A program made the position numbers and the translations under genes. This document shows positions 9,931 through 20,035 of a DNA stretch of 64,000 nt, piece by piece. Source of the stretch: Spirochaetia bacterium (GTDB taxonomy: Bacteria > Spirochaetota > Spirochaetia > UBA9216); assembly GCA_963677925.2 (NCBI GenBank), contig CAXXYH010000004.1, forward strand, positions 1,216,001 through 1,280,000, written 5' to 3'. Every line of letters starts with the position of its first letter. Positions within the stretch are counted from its first letter, which is position 1. The notes below the pieces were generated by a model. The model was given only the letters and a program-made list of their open reading frames with translations, made no database searches and was not told the origin of the DNA.

Positions 9931-11464
9931 TAACCGGAAGCCTGATAATAAAGCAGGCGCCTCCTTCCTCTCTGTTCTCAGCTGAAATAAAACCCTTATG
10001 TTTTTCAATAATCTGCTGAGAAATCGACAGCCCCAGGCCTGAACCCTTGCCGGGCGGTTTTGTTGTAAAAAAGGGTTCGAAGAGTTTTCTGATATTATCC
10101 TCTTTTATTCCCTCTCCGTTATCACAGACTGATATAACTATCTCGTCACTCGCTTCATCATACCGGGTGCTTACTTCAATGATGCCCTTTTCCTTTATTG
10201 CCTGCGAAGCATTTACTATCAGGTTCAGAAACACCTGGTTAAGTTCACCCGGGTAGCATATGAGATCGGGAAGTCTGCCGAAATCGGTTTTCACAGTGCA
10301 GTGGTATTTGATCTCGTTATTGGCTATATTCAGCGTGCTTTGAAGTGCTTCGTTTATATCGGCTTTTATCTTTTCCTTCATGTCCGGCCTGGCAAAGGTC
10401 TTAAGGCTTTTGACAATTGAAGATATTCGCGAACATCCATCCAGGGATTCAATAATGCTTTTATCTATATCTTCAAGCACAAAGTTGATATCTTCATCAT
10501 TGTCCAGACTTTCATAGTCTCCTTCTGTACAGCCGCTTTCAGCCATTATTTTCAGTTTTTTTACTACATTAAAGTAGCCCTGCATTGCGGTCAGATTATT
10601 CTGAATAAAACTAACCGGGTTGTTTATTTCATGAGCAACTCCGGCTGATATTCGTCCTATTGTTGCCATTCTTTCGGCTCTTGCAAGCTGATTTTCCTTG
10701 TCGCTGAGTTCCTGATTGAATCTCCTCAAATCCTTCTCTGTCTGAACTCGTTTCGATATGTCCTGGATGGTTACAAAGAGCACCAGCGGAATGCCTTCCT
10801 TTGACCATGATATTGGTTTGATTCTTGAATGCAGTGATTTGATATTTTTGTTAATTTCCACTTCAAAATCGAATTCCAGGACCTTATCATTGCTGCTCAG
10901 CTTGGCGGTTAGCTCTTCCTGATTTGAGGGAAGCATCATGCTGAACAGGTTTTCTACTTCCTGGTATTTACTCTCTTTGAGATTCCTTGTTTCAAATATC
11001 TCTTTTAGCTGATCTGAATAGTCATAAAACTCTTTTTTATCAATATTATAAAAACAGTGGCCTATTTCACCCTGAATCTGGGCTTCCCTGAGCGCCCTTT
11101 CATTTAAAACCCCCTCATTGAACAGTTGGGTTATTTCAGCAAAATCAGGATTGCTCCTTACTTTCTCTTCCCTGATGCTTCTTTTAGTCCTGATTGCTGC
11201 TCCGATTATTTTGAGAGGATAGATTATATTCCTGTTTACCAGCAGGGTTATAGCGAGTGAAATTAAAATAATACCGATTATCCATAATGCAATGAGTTTA
11301 ATTATAAAAATTACCATAGGATAAGTTAACAGACTTTGTTCCGGAGTGATTATCGCGTTCTCAACACATTCGGAATATTTAGCCGTAAGCAGAAACACTG
11401 AAAAAACAATCATTAATATGAATCCTGAAATCAGGATGAGTATTATCTTTGAAATTATTTTCAT
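9917..11464 (-). CDS. Membrane sensor histidine kinase (HisKA + HATPase), no adjacent response regulator
   Basis: Two N-terminal TM segments, [44 protein letters not shown]. Confidence 0.9.
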   Translation of the reverse strand: MKIISKIILILISGFILMIVFSVFLLTAKYSECVENAIITPEQSLLTYPMVIFIIKLIALWIIGIILISLAITLLVNRNIIYPLKIIGAAIRTKRSIREEKVRSNPDFAEITQLFNEGVLNERALREAQIQGEIGHCFYNIDKKEFYDYSDQLKEIFETRNLKESKYQEVENLFSMMLPSNQEELTAKLSSNDKVLEFDFEVEINKNIKSLHSRIKPISWSKEGIPLVLFVTIQDISKRVQTEKDLRRFNQELSDKENQLARAERMATIGRISAGVAHEINNPVSFIQNNLTAMQGYFNVVKKLKIMAESGCTEGDYESLDNDEDINFVLEDIDKSIIESLDGCSRISSIVKSLKTFARPDMKEKIKADINEALQSTLNIANNEIKYHCTVKTDFGRLPDLICYPGELNQVFLNLIVNASQAIKEKGIIEVSTRYDEASDEIVISVCDNGEGIKEDNIRKLFEPFFTTKPPGKGSGLGLSISQQIIEKHKGFISAENREEGGACFIIRLPVTNAA

Positions 11465-11529
11465 TTTCAGTTCCTATGTAATATAATCCTATTCAAATAG
11501 TATTCTGAAATCAAATTTGCGGAGTTTAT

Positions 11530-12870
11530 ATGAAGATTATCGTTGGTCACAGCAATATGGATTTAGACTGTATAGGGTCGATAGTGCTGGCAAGGTACAT
11601 ATACCCTGATTATGTGCCTGTTAAAAGCAGGCTGATTCATCCGGTTGCCAAGAATCTCCAGAATCTTTATCAGAACCATCTGGCATTTGCAAACCCGATT
11701 GATTTGAAGGAAGAACATGTTGAAAAAATGATAGTTGTTGATACCCGCACATCGGGACGTATTGCGGAGTACATGCAGTATATATCCAATCCTGCTCTTG
11801 AGATCGAGGTTTTCGATCATCATCCGGCTGATGACAAGGATATTGAGGGTGCCCTGATTCATGATAAGCCCTACGGAGCCAATACAACGCTTCTCGCAAT
11901 GGAAGTTATAAAAAGGGGAATTAAGGTTACAGCCGAGGACGCTACAATTGCACTGACCGGGATTTATGCCGATACCGGAAACTTCACTCATCAGAATGTC
12001 AGCTGCGAAGATTTCAGCTGTGCCTCGTACCTGATTGACTGCGGTGCTGAGCTAAAACTTGTCTCTCATTTTCTTCAGCCGCTTCGAAAGAAAATTCAGG
12101 TAAGTCTTTTTCATCAGGTTCTCAATGCTATCGAATATCATGACATCCTCGGCCATTTTATCATCACAAGCTATACAGTTCTCGAACAGGAATCCGAAGG
12201 TGTAAATGCTGTTGTTGAAAAGATATTTGAGGTTGAAAATGCGGAAGTATATTTTGCGTTTTTCTATGTTCCCAAAAGGAAGAAACTGCTGATAGTTGCC
12301 CGGAACCGCAAACCCAATATCAAAATAAATGAAATTCTGTCGCGTTTCGGAGGCGGAGGACACACTCAGGCGGCTTCCGGAGTGGTAAAAACCGAGGACG
12401 GTCAGGAAGTGTATAATCAGATGCTCGCCCTCATAAAGACAAGTCTTATTCCGGCCTATACCGCCAATGATATCATGACCGAGGATGTAATAACCCTGAA
12501 ACAGGATATTTCACTTCTTGAAGCATCAAGAACCCTCGAAGCCATTTCCCATACCGGCGCCCCGGTGCTGGACGAGCAGGGCTTTGTGGTTGGTTTTCTT
12601 ACACTTAGAGATATTATGAAAGGCCGAAAAGCTGAGCAGATGCATGCCCCGGTAAAAGGTTATATGACAAAAAAGATAGTATGTGCTGATCCGGGAACAA
12701 CAGTACGGGAGATTGATGATCTGATGCTGGAGCACAACATCGGACATCTGCCTGTCGTAGAGGATCGTAAACTTAAGGGAATTGTAACCCGTACCGATTT
12801 TCTCAGTTTCCGCAAGGGCGAAAAGCAGAAGCGGGATCAGGCTATAAAGGAAATAGGAGCTCTTAAATGA
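11530..12870 (+). CDS. DHH/DHHA1 phosphoesterase with C-terminal CBS pair
   Basis: GHSNMDLDCIGS, VVDT, DHH, GIYADTGNF, GGGGHTQAAS, then two CBS repeats (GAPVLD..GFLT; GHLPVV..GIVTRTD). Confidence 0.85.
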   Translation: MKIIVGHSNMDLDCIGSIVLARYIYPDYVPVKSRLIHPVAKNLQNLYQNHLAFANPIDLKEEHVEKMIVVDTRTSGRIAEYMQYISNPALEIEVFDHHPADDKDIEGALIHDKPYGANTTLLAMEVIKRGIKVTAEDATIALTGIYADTGNFTHQNVSCEDFSCASYLIDCGAELKLVSHFLQPLRKKIQVSLFHQVLNAIEYHDILGHFIITSYTVLEQESEGVNAVVEKIFEVENAEVYFAFFYVPKRKKLLIVARNRKPNIKINEILSRFGGGGHTQAASGVVKTEDGQEVYNQMLALIKTSLIPAYTANDIMTEDVITLKQDISLLEASRTLEAISHTGAPVLDEQGFVVGFLTLRDIMKGRKAEQMHAPVKGYMTKKIVCADPGTTVREIDDLMLEHNIGHLPVVEDRKLKGIVTRTDFLSFRKGEKQKRDQAIKEIGALK

Positions 12871-13646
12871 AAAACACAACTGACCTGCTTTTACAGCGCC
12901 GATCGGTGCGGAGCTATTCAGATAAACCCATAGATGCTGATTCCAGGCAGCTAATTCTGGACTGCACAATGCGGGCTCCTACCGCCGGAAATCTGATGCT
13001 GTATTCAGTAATTGACGTAAGTGATCAGTCTGTTAAGGATAAGCTGGCCGTAAGCTGTGATAACCAGCCCTTTATTGCGAAGGCTCCGCTGGTTCTTCTG
13101 TTTCTTGCCGATTATCAGCGTATATATGATTACTTTATCACAAGCGGGGCAGAGGACTACGCAGCTTCGGAAGGCCTTGATTTCCGGAAACCTCAGCATG
13201 GAGATCTGATGCTTGCTGTAAATGATGCGCTCATTGCAGCACAGACCGCAGTTACAGCGGCTGAATCACTTGGAATCGGGTCATGCTACATCGGTGACAT
13301 CATGGAGAATTATGAATTTCACAGAGAGCTGTTTAAGCTGCCCGAATACACCTTTCCCGTCACGCTGCTCTGTTTCGGGTATCCAACCGAAGCGGCCTCA
13401 AAGCGGAGGCTTGTTCCGAGGTTTGATCAGGATTTTGTTGTGTTTGAAAATACCTATCCGGAAACAGATAAAGAGAAACTGCTTCACCTGATGGATAATA
13501 TGGAAAAGTGGGAGCATGGCGATAAGCCTCACAGCTATCCTGAAGGGAATCCCGGGTGCAGAATTTTCGGACGGAAGTTTGCAAGCGATTTTTCACTTGA
13601 GATGAACCGCTCGGTCTGCAAAGCCCTGAAAAACTGGGAAAAATGA
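12867..13646 (+). CDS. Nitroreductase / NADPH-flavin oxidoreductase (NfsA/Frp-like)
   Basis: RRSVRSY, RAPTAGNL, AAESLGIGSCYIG, LCFGYP. Confidence 0.88.
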   Translation: MKNTTDLLLQRRSVRSYSDKPIDADSRQLILDCTMRAPTAGNLMLYSVIDVSDQSVKDKLAVSCDNQPFIAKAPLVLLFLADYQRIYDYFITSGAEDYAASEGLDFRKPQHGDLMLAVNDALIAAQTAVTAAESLGIGSCYIGDIMENYEFHRELFKLPEYTFPVTLLCFGYPTEAASKRRLVPRFDQDFVVFENTYPETDKEKLLHLMDNMEKWEHGDKPHSYPEGNPGCRIFGRKFASDFSLEMNRSVCKALKNWEK

Positions 13647-13665
13647 AGCAGGAAATTCAGCCTCA

Positions 13666-14484
13666 GTGAATACCGAAAAAACCGGATATAAAATAAAAAC
13701 ATTTCCTTCAAGCAGGCTTTTCACGATGGATATCGGAAAGCTGGGTATGAGGAAGCATCATATAAAAGCGGTTCTTGAGGCTGATGTCACTCAATCGCGC
13801 AGAAAGATTCGAAAATACCGTTCAGATGCCGGATGCAGCCTTTCTTTCAATTCATGGCTTGTCAAATGTATTGCCGCTGCGGCCTCGGAGTTTCCCGAAG
13901 TGCATGCCTGCCTGAGAAGACATAAAGAGCTTGTGATCTTCGACGATGTGGATATATCTATCATGGTGGAGAAGATGGTTGAGGGGCAGGCTGTCCCCAT
14001 CCCCATGGTTCTTAGAAAAGTCAACGAAAAAACTGTTACACAGATACAGCAGGAAATAGAAGACGCCCGGAATACTGAAATAAGAGATGAAGGTGATTTC
14101 GTTCTCGGTGAACAGGACAGCTCAAAAGCTTCCGTAAGGCTTTTTTCCATGCTTCCGCAAAGACTGCGCCTTATTATCTGGCGTATCATGCTTTCCGACC
14201 CTTTTAGAGTAAAAAGCATGATGGGCACTGTTATTGTCTCCTCAGTGGGAATGATGGGAAGGGTACGGGGCTGGTTTATTCCCTACAGCATTCATTCCCT
14301 GTGCATAGCTGCAGGCTCAATCGTCGAAAAGGTTTCGGTTAAAAAAGGCGAAATCCAGCCTGCTGAATTTATTGAGTTAACTATTCTGCTTGATCATAAT
14401 GTTATTGACGGAGCACCTGCAGCCAGATTTGCTTCCAGGCTGGTTGATATAATTGAGAAAGGAGAAAATATACCTGAAGTATGA
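13666..14484 (+). CDS. 2-oxoacid dehydrogenase E2-like acyltransferase, catalytic domain only
   Basis: C-terminal LDHNVIDGAPAARF (HxxxDG) and GTVIVSSVGM; no lipoyl domain. Confidence 0.82.
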   Translation: MNTEKTGYKIKTFPSSRLFTMDIGKLGMRKHHIKAVLEADVTQSRRKIRKYRSDAGCSLSFNSWLVKCIAAAASEFPEVHACLRRHKELVIFDDVDISIMVEKMVEGQAVPIPMVLRKVNEKTVTQIQQEIEDARNTEIRDEGDFVLGEQDSSKASVRLFSMLPQRLRLIIWRIMLSDPFRVKSMMGTVIVSSVGMMGRVRGWFIPYSIHSLCIAAGSIVEKVSVKKGEIQPAEFIELTILLDHNVIDGAPAARFASRLVDIIEKGENIPEV

Positions 14485-15254
14485 AAGAAAAGCTGATCTC
14501 AGAAATTATTGCCGCCGAACTTAAGTACTACTCACTTTTTGCAGAAGCTGAAAGACTGGAATACGGTATCCGATTCACCGATCAAAATATTCCCGATATG
14601 TTCTGCCATAATTTTCTCTGGTTTGACGGTCCGCAGGAAAAACTAAAGAAGGCATATGATGAAGAGCAGACTTACCGGAAGGTAATGGGGCAGGCTATGC
14701 TTCAGATTGAGTTATTCGATAAATCTCCTTCTGATATTACAGTAAAACTGCCGGGGGCTGAAATATCTGAGCAGTTTGTCATGTCTGCACCGCTTGAGAA
14801 AGTGGCTGCTGCCGGAAGTAAACCGGAGGCTTTCTGCAGGCTTGCCGAAACGGATGAAGATTATATGCGCGGGAGGGAAATTGATATAATTTCATTCGGA
14901 CCTGAATACGCCGGGTTTGCCGGACGCCGATTCGACCGGAAACTTCCTGTTTACCGGGACTCTCAATCTGGAATAAATCATCTGGTATGTACTTCAAATG
15001 AGATAAATGTCGGAAACTGCGACCTTTTTATATATGAGAAAGCCGCAAACGTAGAAGATTTCGACATACTTGAAGAATTTCAGCATCAGGGATACGGGAC
15101 ATCGGTGCTTGCATATGCTGCGGAAATCTCGGTTGATAAGGGGGCTGAATACATGTTTATAATTGTGGACAGCGATAACAGCGCCGTGGAGATGTACCGT
15201 AAAAACGGCTTTGAATACCTGTGCAGCAGCTGTATTATTAATCTGGAACTGTAA
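14481..15254 (+). CDS. GNAT family N-acetyltransferase
   Basis: C-terminal motif A EEFQHQGYGT and AVEMYRKNGF. Confidence 0.8.
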   Translation: MKEKLISEIIAAELKYYSLFAEAERLEYGIRFTDQNIPDMFCHNFLWFDGPQEKLKKAYDEEQTYRKVMGQAMLQIELFDKSPSDITVKLPGAEISEQFVMSAPLEKVAAAGSKPEAFCRLAETDEDYMRGREIDIISFGPEYAGFAGRRFDRKLPVYRDSQSGINHLVCTSNEINVGNCDLFIYEKAANVEDFDILEEFQHQGYGTSVLAYAAEISVDKGAEYMFIIVDSDNSAVEMYRKNGFEYLCSSCIINLEL

Positions 15255-15270
15255 GTCCGGGAGGTACAGT

Positions 15271-15624
15271 ATGAGTGAGATTGATGATTATATTGCCGGG
15301 TTCCCGCCGGCCACCGGGGCGCTTCTTGATAGAATGAGAGCACTTATCAGGGCTGCTGCTCCTGAAGCTTCAGAGAAAATCAGTTACGGCATGCCGACCT
15401 TTTATCTCAACGGGAATCTGGTTCACTTTGCCGGCTACAAGGCTCACATAGGATTTTATCCGGCGCCCAGCGGTATTTCAAAGTTTCCGGAGCGTATATC
15501 TGAATACAAATATGCCAAAGGATCGGTGCAGTTCCCCCTGGATAAACCCCTTCCGGAATTGCTGATTAGTGATATAGTTAAATTCCGCAGGGAAGAAAAC
15601 CTGAAAAAAGTTAAGAAAAAATAG
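15271..15624 (+). CDS. DUF1801 (YdhG-like) protein
   Basis: IDDYIAGFP...EKISYGMPTF...HFAGYKAHIGFYP...KGSVQFPLDKPLP; ATG 15271 follows GGAGG. Confidence 0.85.
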   Translation: MSEIDDYIAGFPPATGALLDRMRALIRAAAPEASEKISYGMPTFYLNGNLVHFAGYKAHIGFYPAPSGISKFPERISEYKYAKGSVQFPLDKPLPELLISDIVKFRREENLKKVKKK

Positions 15625-15634
15625 GAAATGCAGG

Positions 15635-16087
15635 ATGTCAGAAATTAAATTCACCCATGTTAATGTAGTTGCTGAAGACTGGAAAAAACTCGCCGGCTTT
15701 TATATAGAAGTTCTCGGCTGTACTCCTAAGCCTCCGGAGCGGGATCTTTCCGGTGAATGGCTTGATTACCTGACCGGGCTCGATAATGCCAGAATTAATG
15801 GAATACACCTTCAGCTTCCGGGAGGCGGTGCAGACGGTCCGACTCTGGAAGTCTTTCAGTATGACAGCAATGCTTCTGAGCCGGTAAAGCAGATCAATAT
15901 GCCCGGCTTTGCGCATATAGCCTTTTCGGTTGATGATGTTGAGAATTATGCTGCTCTGATAATTGAAAACGGAGGTTCGCTGGTGGGTGATATTGTGAGA
16001 ACCGGAGTGAAGAGCGCCGGTGAGATTCATGTAGTTTATGCACGGGATCCCGAGGGCAATATCATAGAGATTCAAAAATGGATTTAA
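15635..16087 (+). CDS. VOC/glyoxalase family protein
   Basis: HVNVV...FY..VLG, LEVFQY, GFAHIAFSVDDV, YARDPEGNIIE. Confidence 0.88.
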   Translation: MSEIKFTHVNVVAEDWKKLAGFYIEVLGCTPKPPERDLSGEWLDYLTGLDNARINGIHLQLPGGGADGPTLEVFQYDSNASEPVKQINMPGFAHIAFSVDDVENYAALIIENGGSLVGDIVRTGVKSAGEIHVVYARDPEGNIIEIQKWI

Positions 16088-16893
16088 CCGGCAGGATTCA
16101 ATCAGTCAGAGCCGTTTATTTTTCTCCTACCGGAACAACCCGGGCGGTTGTAAAGGCCGCGGCAGAGGGCACCGGACTGTCCGATATCAGGTATTCGGAT
16201 TTGACTACACCCGGCCTGCGGTCGGAATTTGTTCCGGATGTAAGCGAAGATCTTCTGATAATAGGGATGCCCGTCTATGAGGAGCACATTCCTAAAATAG
16301 CAGCTGAGCGCCTTTACCGTCTCAGCGCGCCGGAACGGCCTGTGCTGATAATCAGTGTATATGGAAACGTTGGATACGGGATGAGTCTGAAGGATCTGGA
16401 GGGCTTCTGCGTAACTTCCGGTGCCTGTGTTTATGCCGCCGGAGCTTTTATCGGGGAGCATTCTTTTTCTTCAGGAAATATTTCCCCGGGAGCCGAACGC
16501 CCATCAGATGCAGATCTGGAGGAAGCCCGGAAGCTGGGCGATCTCTTTGCACAGAAGGCGGCCTCCGGAAAAAAAGCAGGGCTTGATTCTTCACTCATTC
16601 CCGGGAAGCTTCCGCTGACTGCCAGGATCCTGCCGGAGGGCAGTGCATCAATGTTTACAAAACCGCCTGTGATAAACAGTCTCTGCAACAGCTGCGGCAT
16701 CTGCAGAATGGCATGCCCTTCAGGCGCCATCAGGGCTGATTTTTCGATCGATGAAGCTCTTTGTCTGCGCTGCTTTGCCTGTGTTAGAAAGTGCAGGAGA
16801 ACAGCAAGGACTGTAGAATACAAAAAATCAGTCCTTGTTAAGACTATGCTTCGAATGAACAGTAAGAATAAAAGCAATCTGCTGATTACCTGA
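16078..16893 (+). CDS. EFR1-type flavodoxin-ferredoxin fusion protein
   Basis: YFSPTGTT flavodoxin motif plus CNSCGICRMACP and CLRCFACVRKC 4Fe-4S motifs. Confidence 0.85.
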   Translation: MDLTGRIQSVRAVYFSPTGTTRAVVKAAAEGTGLSDIRYSDLTTPGLRSEFVPDVSEDLLIIGMPVYEEHIPKIAAERLYRLSAPERPVLIISVYGNVGYGMSLKDLEGFCVTSGACVYAAGAFIGEHSFSSGNISPGAERPSDADLEEARKLGDLFAQKAASGKKAGLDSSLIPGKLPLTARILPEGSASMFTKPPVINSLCNSCGICRMACPSGAIRADFSIDEALCLRCFACVRKCRRTARTVEYKKSVLVKTMLRMNSKNKSNLLIT

Positions 16894-16953
16894 GACTTCT
16901 GCAAAAGTAATATTTTTGCATTCTTCTTCGGGATCTATTAGAATAAGGATGTT

Positions 16954-18387
16954 ATGAAAAGAGATACACATTTCGCCAGAACCAAGATAATCGGAACGAT
17001 CGGTCCGGCTACGAATAAGCCGGAAATAATTGCGGATATGATCAGAGCGGGGCTTGATGTGATCAGGATAAACTTCAGTCACGGTAGCTATGAAGAGCAT
17101 GCCGCCAGTATCGCTGCAGTTAAGGAAGGCGCAAAGCTTGCAGACAACGCAGTTGCCATACTTGCTGATCTTTGCGGGCCCAAGATCCGCTTAAGCAGGA
17201 TTGATGAAGAGTTCGATATAGAAGCCGGTGAGACTGTAGTTATTTCAACCAGTCATGAGTCCTATTCAGGCCCTCATAAGGTTATTCCCACTGATTTTAC
17301 TTCTCTGGCCGCCGATGTGAAACCTGCCGACCGAATTCTTATTGACGACGGACTTCTTCAGCTTGTTGTGCAGGAAGCTTCCGGAAGTGATGTAATCTGC
17401 CAGGTAATAGACGGAGGACGTGTAAAGTCCAGAAAGGGGATGAACCTTCCTAATGTAAAGGTAAGCGTTTCGGCTATAACCGACAAGGACCGGCAGGATC
17501 TTGATTTTATTGTTAAGCAGGATGTTGATTTTATTGCCCTCTCGTTTGTAAGGGATGCCAACGATATCCGCGAGCTCAGATGGCTGCTGAAGGAGAGGAA
17601 CCGGGACCTGCCGATAATTGCCAAAATAGAGAAGCCGGAAGCCATCAGAGATATTGATGCAATAATCGCTGAAACTGATATGGTCATGGTTGCAAGGGGC
17701 GATCTCGGTGTTGAGATGCCGCCGCAGGAAGTCCCCGTTCTTCAGAAGATGATAATAAGCAAGTGCATCGAAGCCAACAAGCCGGTAATAACGGCGACTC
17801 AGATGCTGGAATCCATGATAAACAATCCGCGGCCCACAAGGGCTGAGGCAAGCGATGTTGCAAATGCTGTTTTTGACGGAACCGACACTGTAATGCTGAG
17901 CGGGGAAACCTCTGTCGGGGCCTATCCGCTTGGAGCAGTACGGACCATGGATGATATCATTCATGCAGCTGAAAGCCGAACCCTTGAATTTGATCCCTCA
18001 AGGCTCCGGAGAATGCACAGAGGCAATAACGACGCAGAGAACATCTGTCATTCCGCCTGTCTGATTGCCGCCGAGGCTGATGCCAAGGCAATAATCACAA
18101 TCACCAAGTCGGGCAAGACTGCCCGGATGCTGTCGATGTACAGGCCGAACGTTCCTATTATTGCTTTTTCTCAGAGTGAGCAGACCCTACGACGACTCAA
18201 TATCGTCTGGGGCGTTCAGGCCGAGCTGATTACAGATGTGACAGATACCGATGAAACGCTTCGAATGGCCAGGAATATGGCGCTTAAGCTGGGCTACATC
18301 ACCTCTGGTGATAAGGTTGTGTATGTAACCGGTATTCCGCTGCTTACCAGCAGAGAAGCCAATATGATTAAGATTGATACTGCCTGA
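16954..18387 (+). CDS. pyk: Pyruvate kinase
   Basis: RTKIIGTIGPAT, RINFSHG, DLCGPKIR, IAKIEKPEA, MVARGDLGVE, TATQMLESM, PTRAEASDV, MLSGET. Confidence 0.97.
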   Translation: MKRDTHFARTKIIGTIGPATNKPEIIADMIRAGLDVIRINFSHGSYEEHAASIAAVKEGAKLADNAVAILADLCGPKIRLSRIDEEFDIEAGETVVISTSHESYSGPHKVIPTDFTSLAADVKPADRILIDDGLLQLVVQEASGSDVICQVIDGGRVKSRKGMNLPNVKVSVSAITDKDRQDLDFIVKQDVDFIALSFVRDANDIRELRWLLKERNRDLPIIAKIEKPEAIRDIDAIIAETDMVMVARGDLGVEMPPQEVPVLQKMIISKCIEANKPVITATQMLESMINNPRPTRAEASDVANAVFDGTDTVMLSGETSVGAYPLGAVRTMDDIIHAAESRTLEFDPSRLRRMHRGNNDAENICHSACLIAAEADAKAIITITKSGKTARMLSMYRPNVPIIAFSQSEQTLRRLNIVWGVQAELITDVTDTDETLRMARNMALKLGYITSGDKVVYVTGIPLLTSREANMIKIDTA

Positions 18388-18405
18388 TATAGACCATACT
18401 TCCGC

Positions 18406-18834
18406 TCAGCTTAGAATTTCAATTCCTGCTGAAGTAAGCAGTGAGGCCGTGACTCCCATTCCCTCAACTGTTTTTCCGCTGAAGCTTCCGTCGTAAACAG
18501 TCCCGCATCCGCAGGAAGGGCTGCGCTGCTGAAGGATTGCCTTTGTTATACCGCAGGTTCTGCATATTTCGAGGGTTGCTCTTGCTCCCTTTATAAAGGC
18601 TTCCGATACATCTTCTCCTGAAGCCGTCATAACTTTCTTGCTTCCTTCTGATGTTCTGACTATCTCCGAGGATTCACGGGGAGTGTGAAGTCCTCCGAGA
18701 AGTTCAGGACAGACCGGTAATGCACGGCCTTCTGCAACAAGTTTTGCCGCATCAGGGTCGAGAGTGTTTCTTCCGTCGTAACGGCAGTTAATTCCCGCAA
18801 GGCAGGCGCTTACAATATATTCATAGCTGCTCAT
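18406..18834 (-). CDS. DUF523 family protein (2-thiouracil desulfurase TudS-like)
   Basis: VSACLAG..CRYDG, PVCPE..GGL..PR, RSPSCG, YDGSF, GMGVT. Confidence 0.87.
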   Translation of the reverse strand: MSSYEYIVSACLAGINCRYDGRNTLDPDAAKLVAEGRALPVCPELLGGLHTPRESSEIVRTSEGSKKVMTASGEDVSEAFIKGARATLEICRTCGITKAILQQRSPSCGCGTVYDGSFSGKTVEGMGVTASLLTSAGIEILS

Positions 18835-18895
18835 GGCTTATCCTTTTTCAAAAATATCTTCTGTATTATACTGACAGAAAAACGGGGCAGGGTGA

Positions 18896-19990
18896 ATGTC
18901 TGTGAATGTAAAAAACGATGCTAATATGCTTATTTCCTATAAGACGCTGAGAAGGATACTTGGTATTCTCGGGATGGGGCTTCCGCTTATGCTGTATCTG
19001 TCCACTCTGATGTCAGGAGTCTACTCTCTGGGGCCTTCAATAAGCAGTTACTATTTTACCAATTCGGGAGACCTGCTTGTTGCGGTGCTCTGCAGTTTCT
19101 CGGTCTTTCTTATTACCTACAGGGGATATTCCAAAGCTGATAATATTATAAGCTCTATTGCAGGTTCAGCTGCTTTTCTGATTGCTGTCTTTCCGGCAAT
19201 GAATGAGAGCAGCGTCAAAGTGAACTACCTTTTCAATTTTCTTCCACCCGCAGCCGTCACCGCAGTTCATTTTACATCGGCGGCAGTGTTTTTTCTGCTT
19301 CTTTCAATTATTTCCTTTTTTCTGTTTGTAAAAACGAATCAGAAAGAGCCGCTTCCCAAAGAAAAGCTATACAGAAACCGGATTTACCGTACATGCGGAA
19401 TTATTATTTTTTTATCGCTTCTGCTGCTTGCAGTCTGCAATCTTCTGTCTGCACCGGTATTCGATAAAATTGCACGATTCAGACCGATCTTCTGGCTTGA
19501 AACAACAGCTCTGGCTGCATTCGGTTTCTCCTGGCTGGTAAAGGGTGAGACTTTCTCGGCCGACAAAAATCCCGAATACGTATTTGTATACGGAACCCTG
19601 AGAAGGTATCCGGGCTTTGACAAGAATACAATGCTTGAAGGTCTGTCTGAATATACCGGACCTGCCACAGTGCCCGGACGGCTGTATAATGTAAAGGTTT
19701 TTCCGGCAATGACGGAAACTTTGAACCCTGAAGAAAAAGTCCGGGGAGATGTCTATCGAATCGGAACTAATTCGGAAGTTCTCGGATTTCTTGATGAATA
19801 TGAGGAGATAACCGATAACTATCCGCATCCTAAGGAGTATGTACGTAAAACGATTACGGCCATCTCTGACAGCGGCGTGCAGTATTTCTGCTGGATTTAT
19901 ATTTATAACCGCGATGTTTCATGCCTTGAACGGATTGAATCAGGAGATTATATCGATTATATCGAAACAAAAAGTTTACCTGAAAACTAA
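18896..19990 (+). CDS. Multi-pass membrane protein (DUF998-like) fused to a gamma-glutamylcyclotransferase (GGCT/AIG2-like) domain
   Basis: About six TM helices (SYKTLRRILGILG, SISSYY, HFTSAAVFF, FWLE...FGFSWLVKGE), then YVFVYGTLR...LDEYEE...WIYIY. Confidence 0.72.
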   Translation: MSVNVKNDANMLISYKTLRRILGILGMGLPLMLYLSTLMSGVYSLGPSISSYYFTNSGDLLVAVLCSFSVFLITYRGYSKADNIISSIAGSAAFLIAVFPAMNESSVKVNYLFNFLPPAAVTAVHFTSAAVFFLLLSIISFFLFVKTNQKEPLPKEKLYRNRIYRTCGIIIFLSLLLLAVCNLLSAPVFDKIARFRPIFWLETTALAAFGFSWLVKGETFSADKNPEYVFVYGTLRRYPGFDKNTMLEGLSEYTGPATVPGRLYNVKVFPAMTETLNPEEKVRGDVYRIGTNSEVLGFLDEYEEITDNYPHPKEYVRKTITAISDSGVQYFCWIYIYNRDVSCLERIESGDYIDYIETKSLPEN

Positions 19991-20035
19991 TGTATATTAT
20001 ATTTGAAGGCAGGAAACTTAAAACGGGAGTATACT

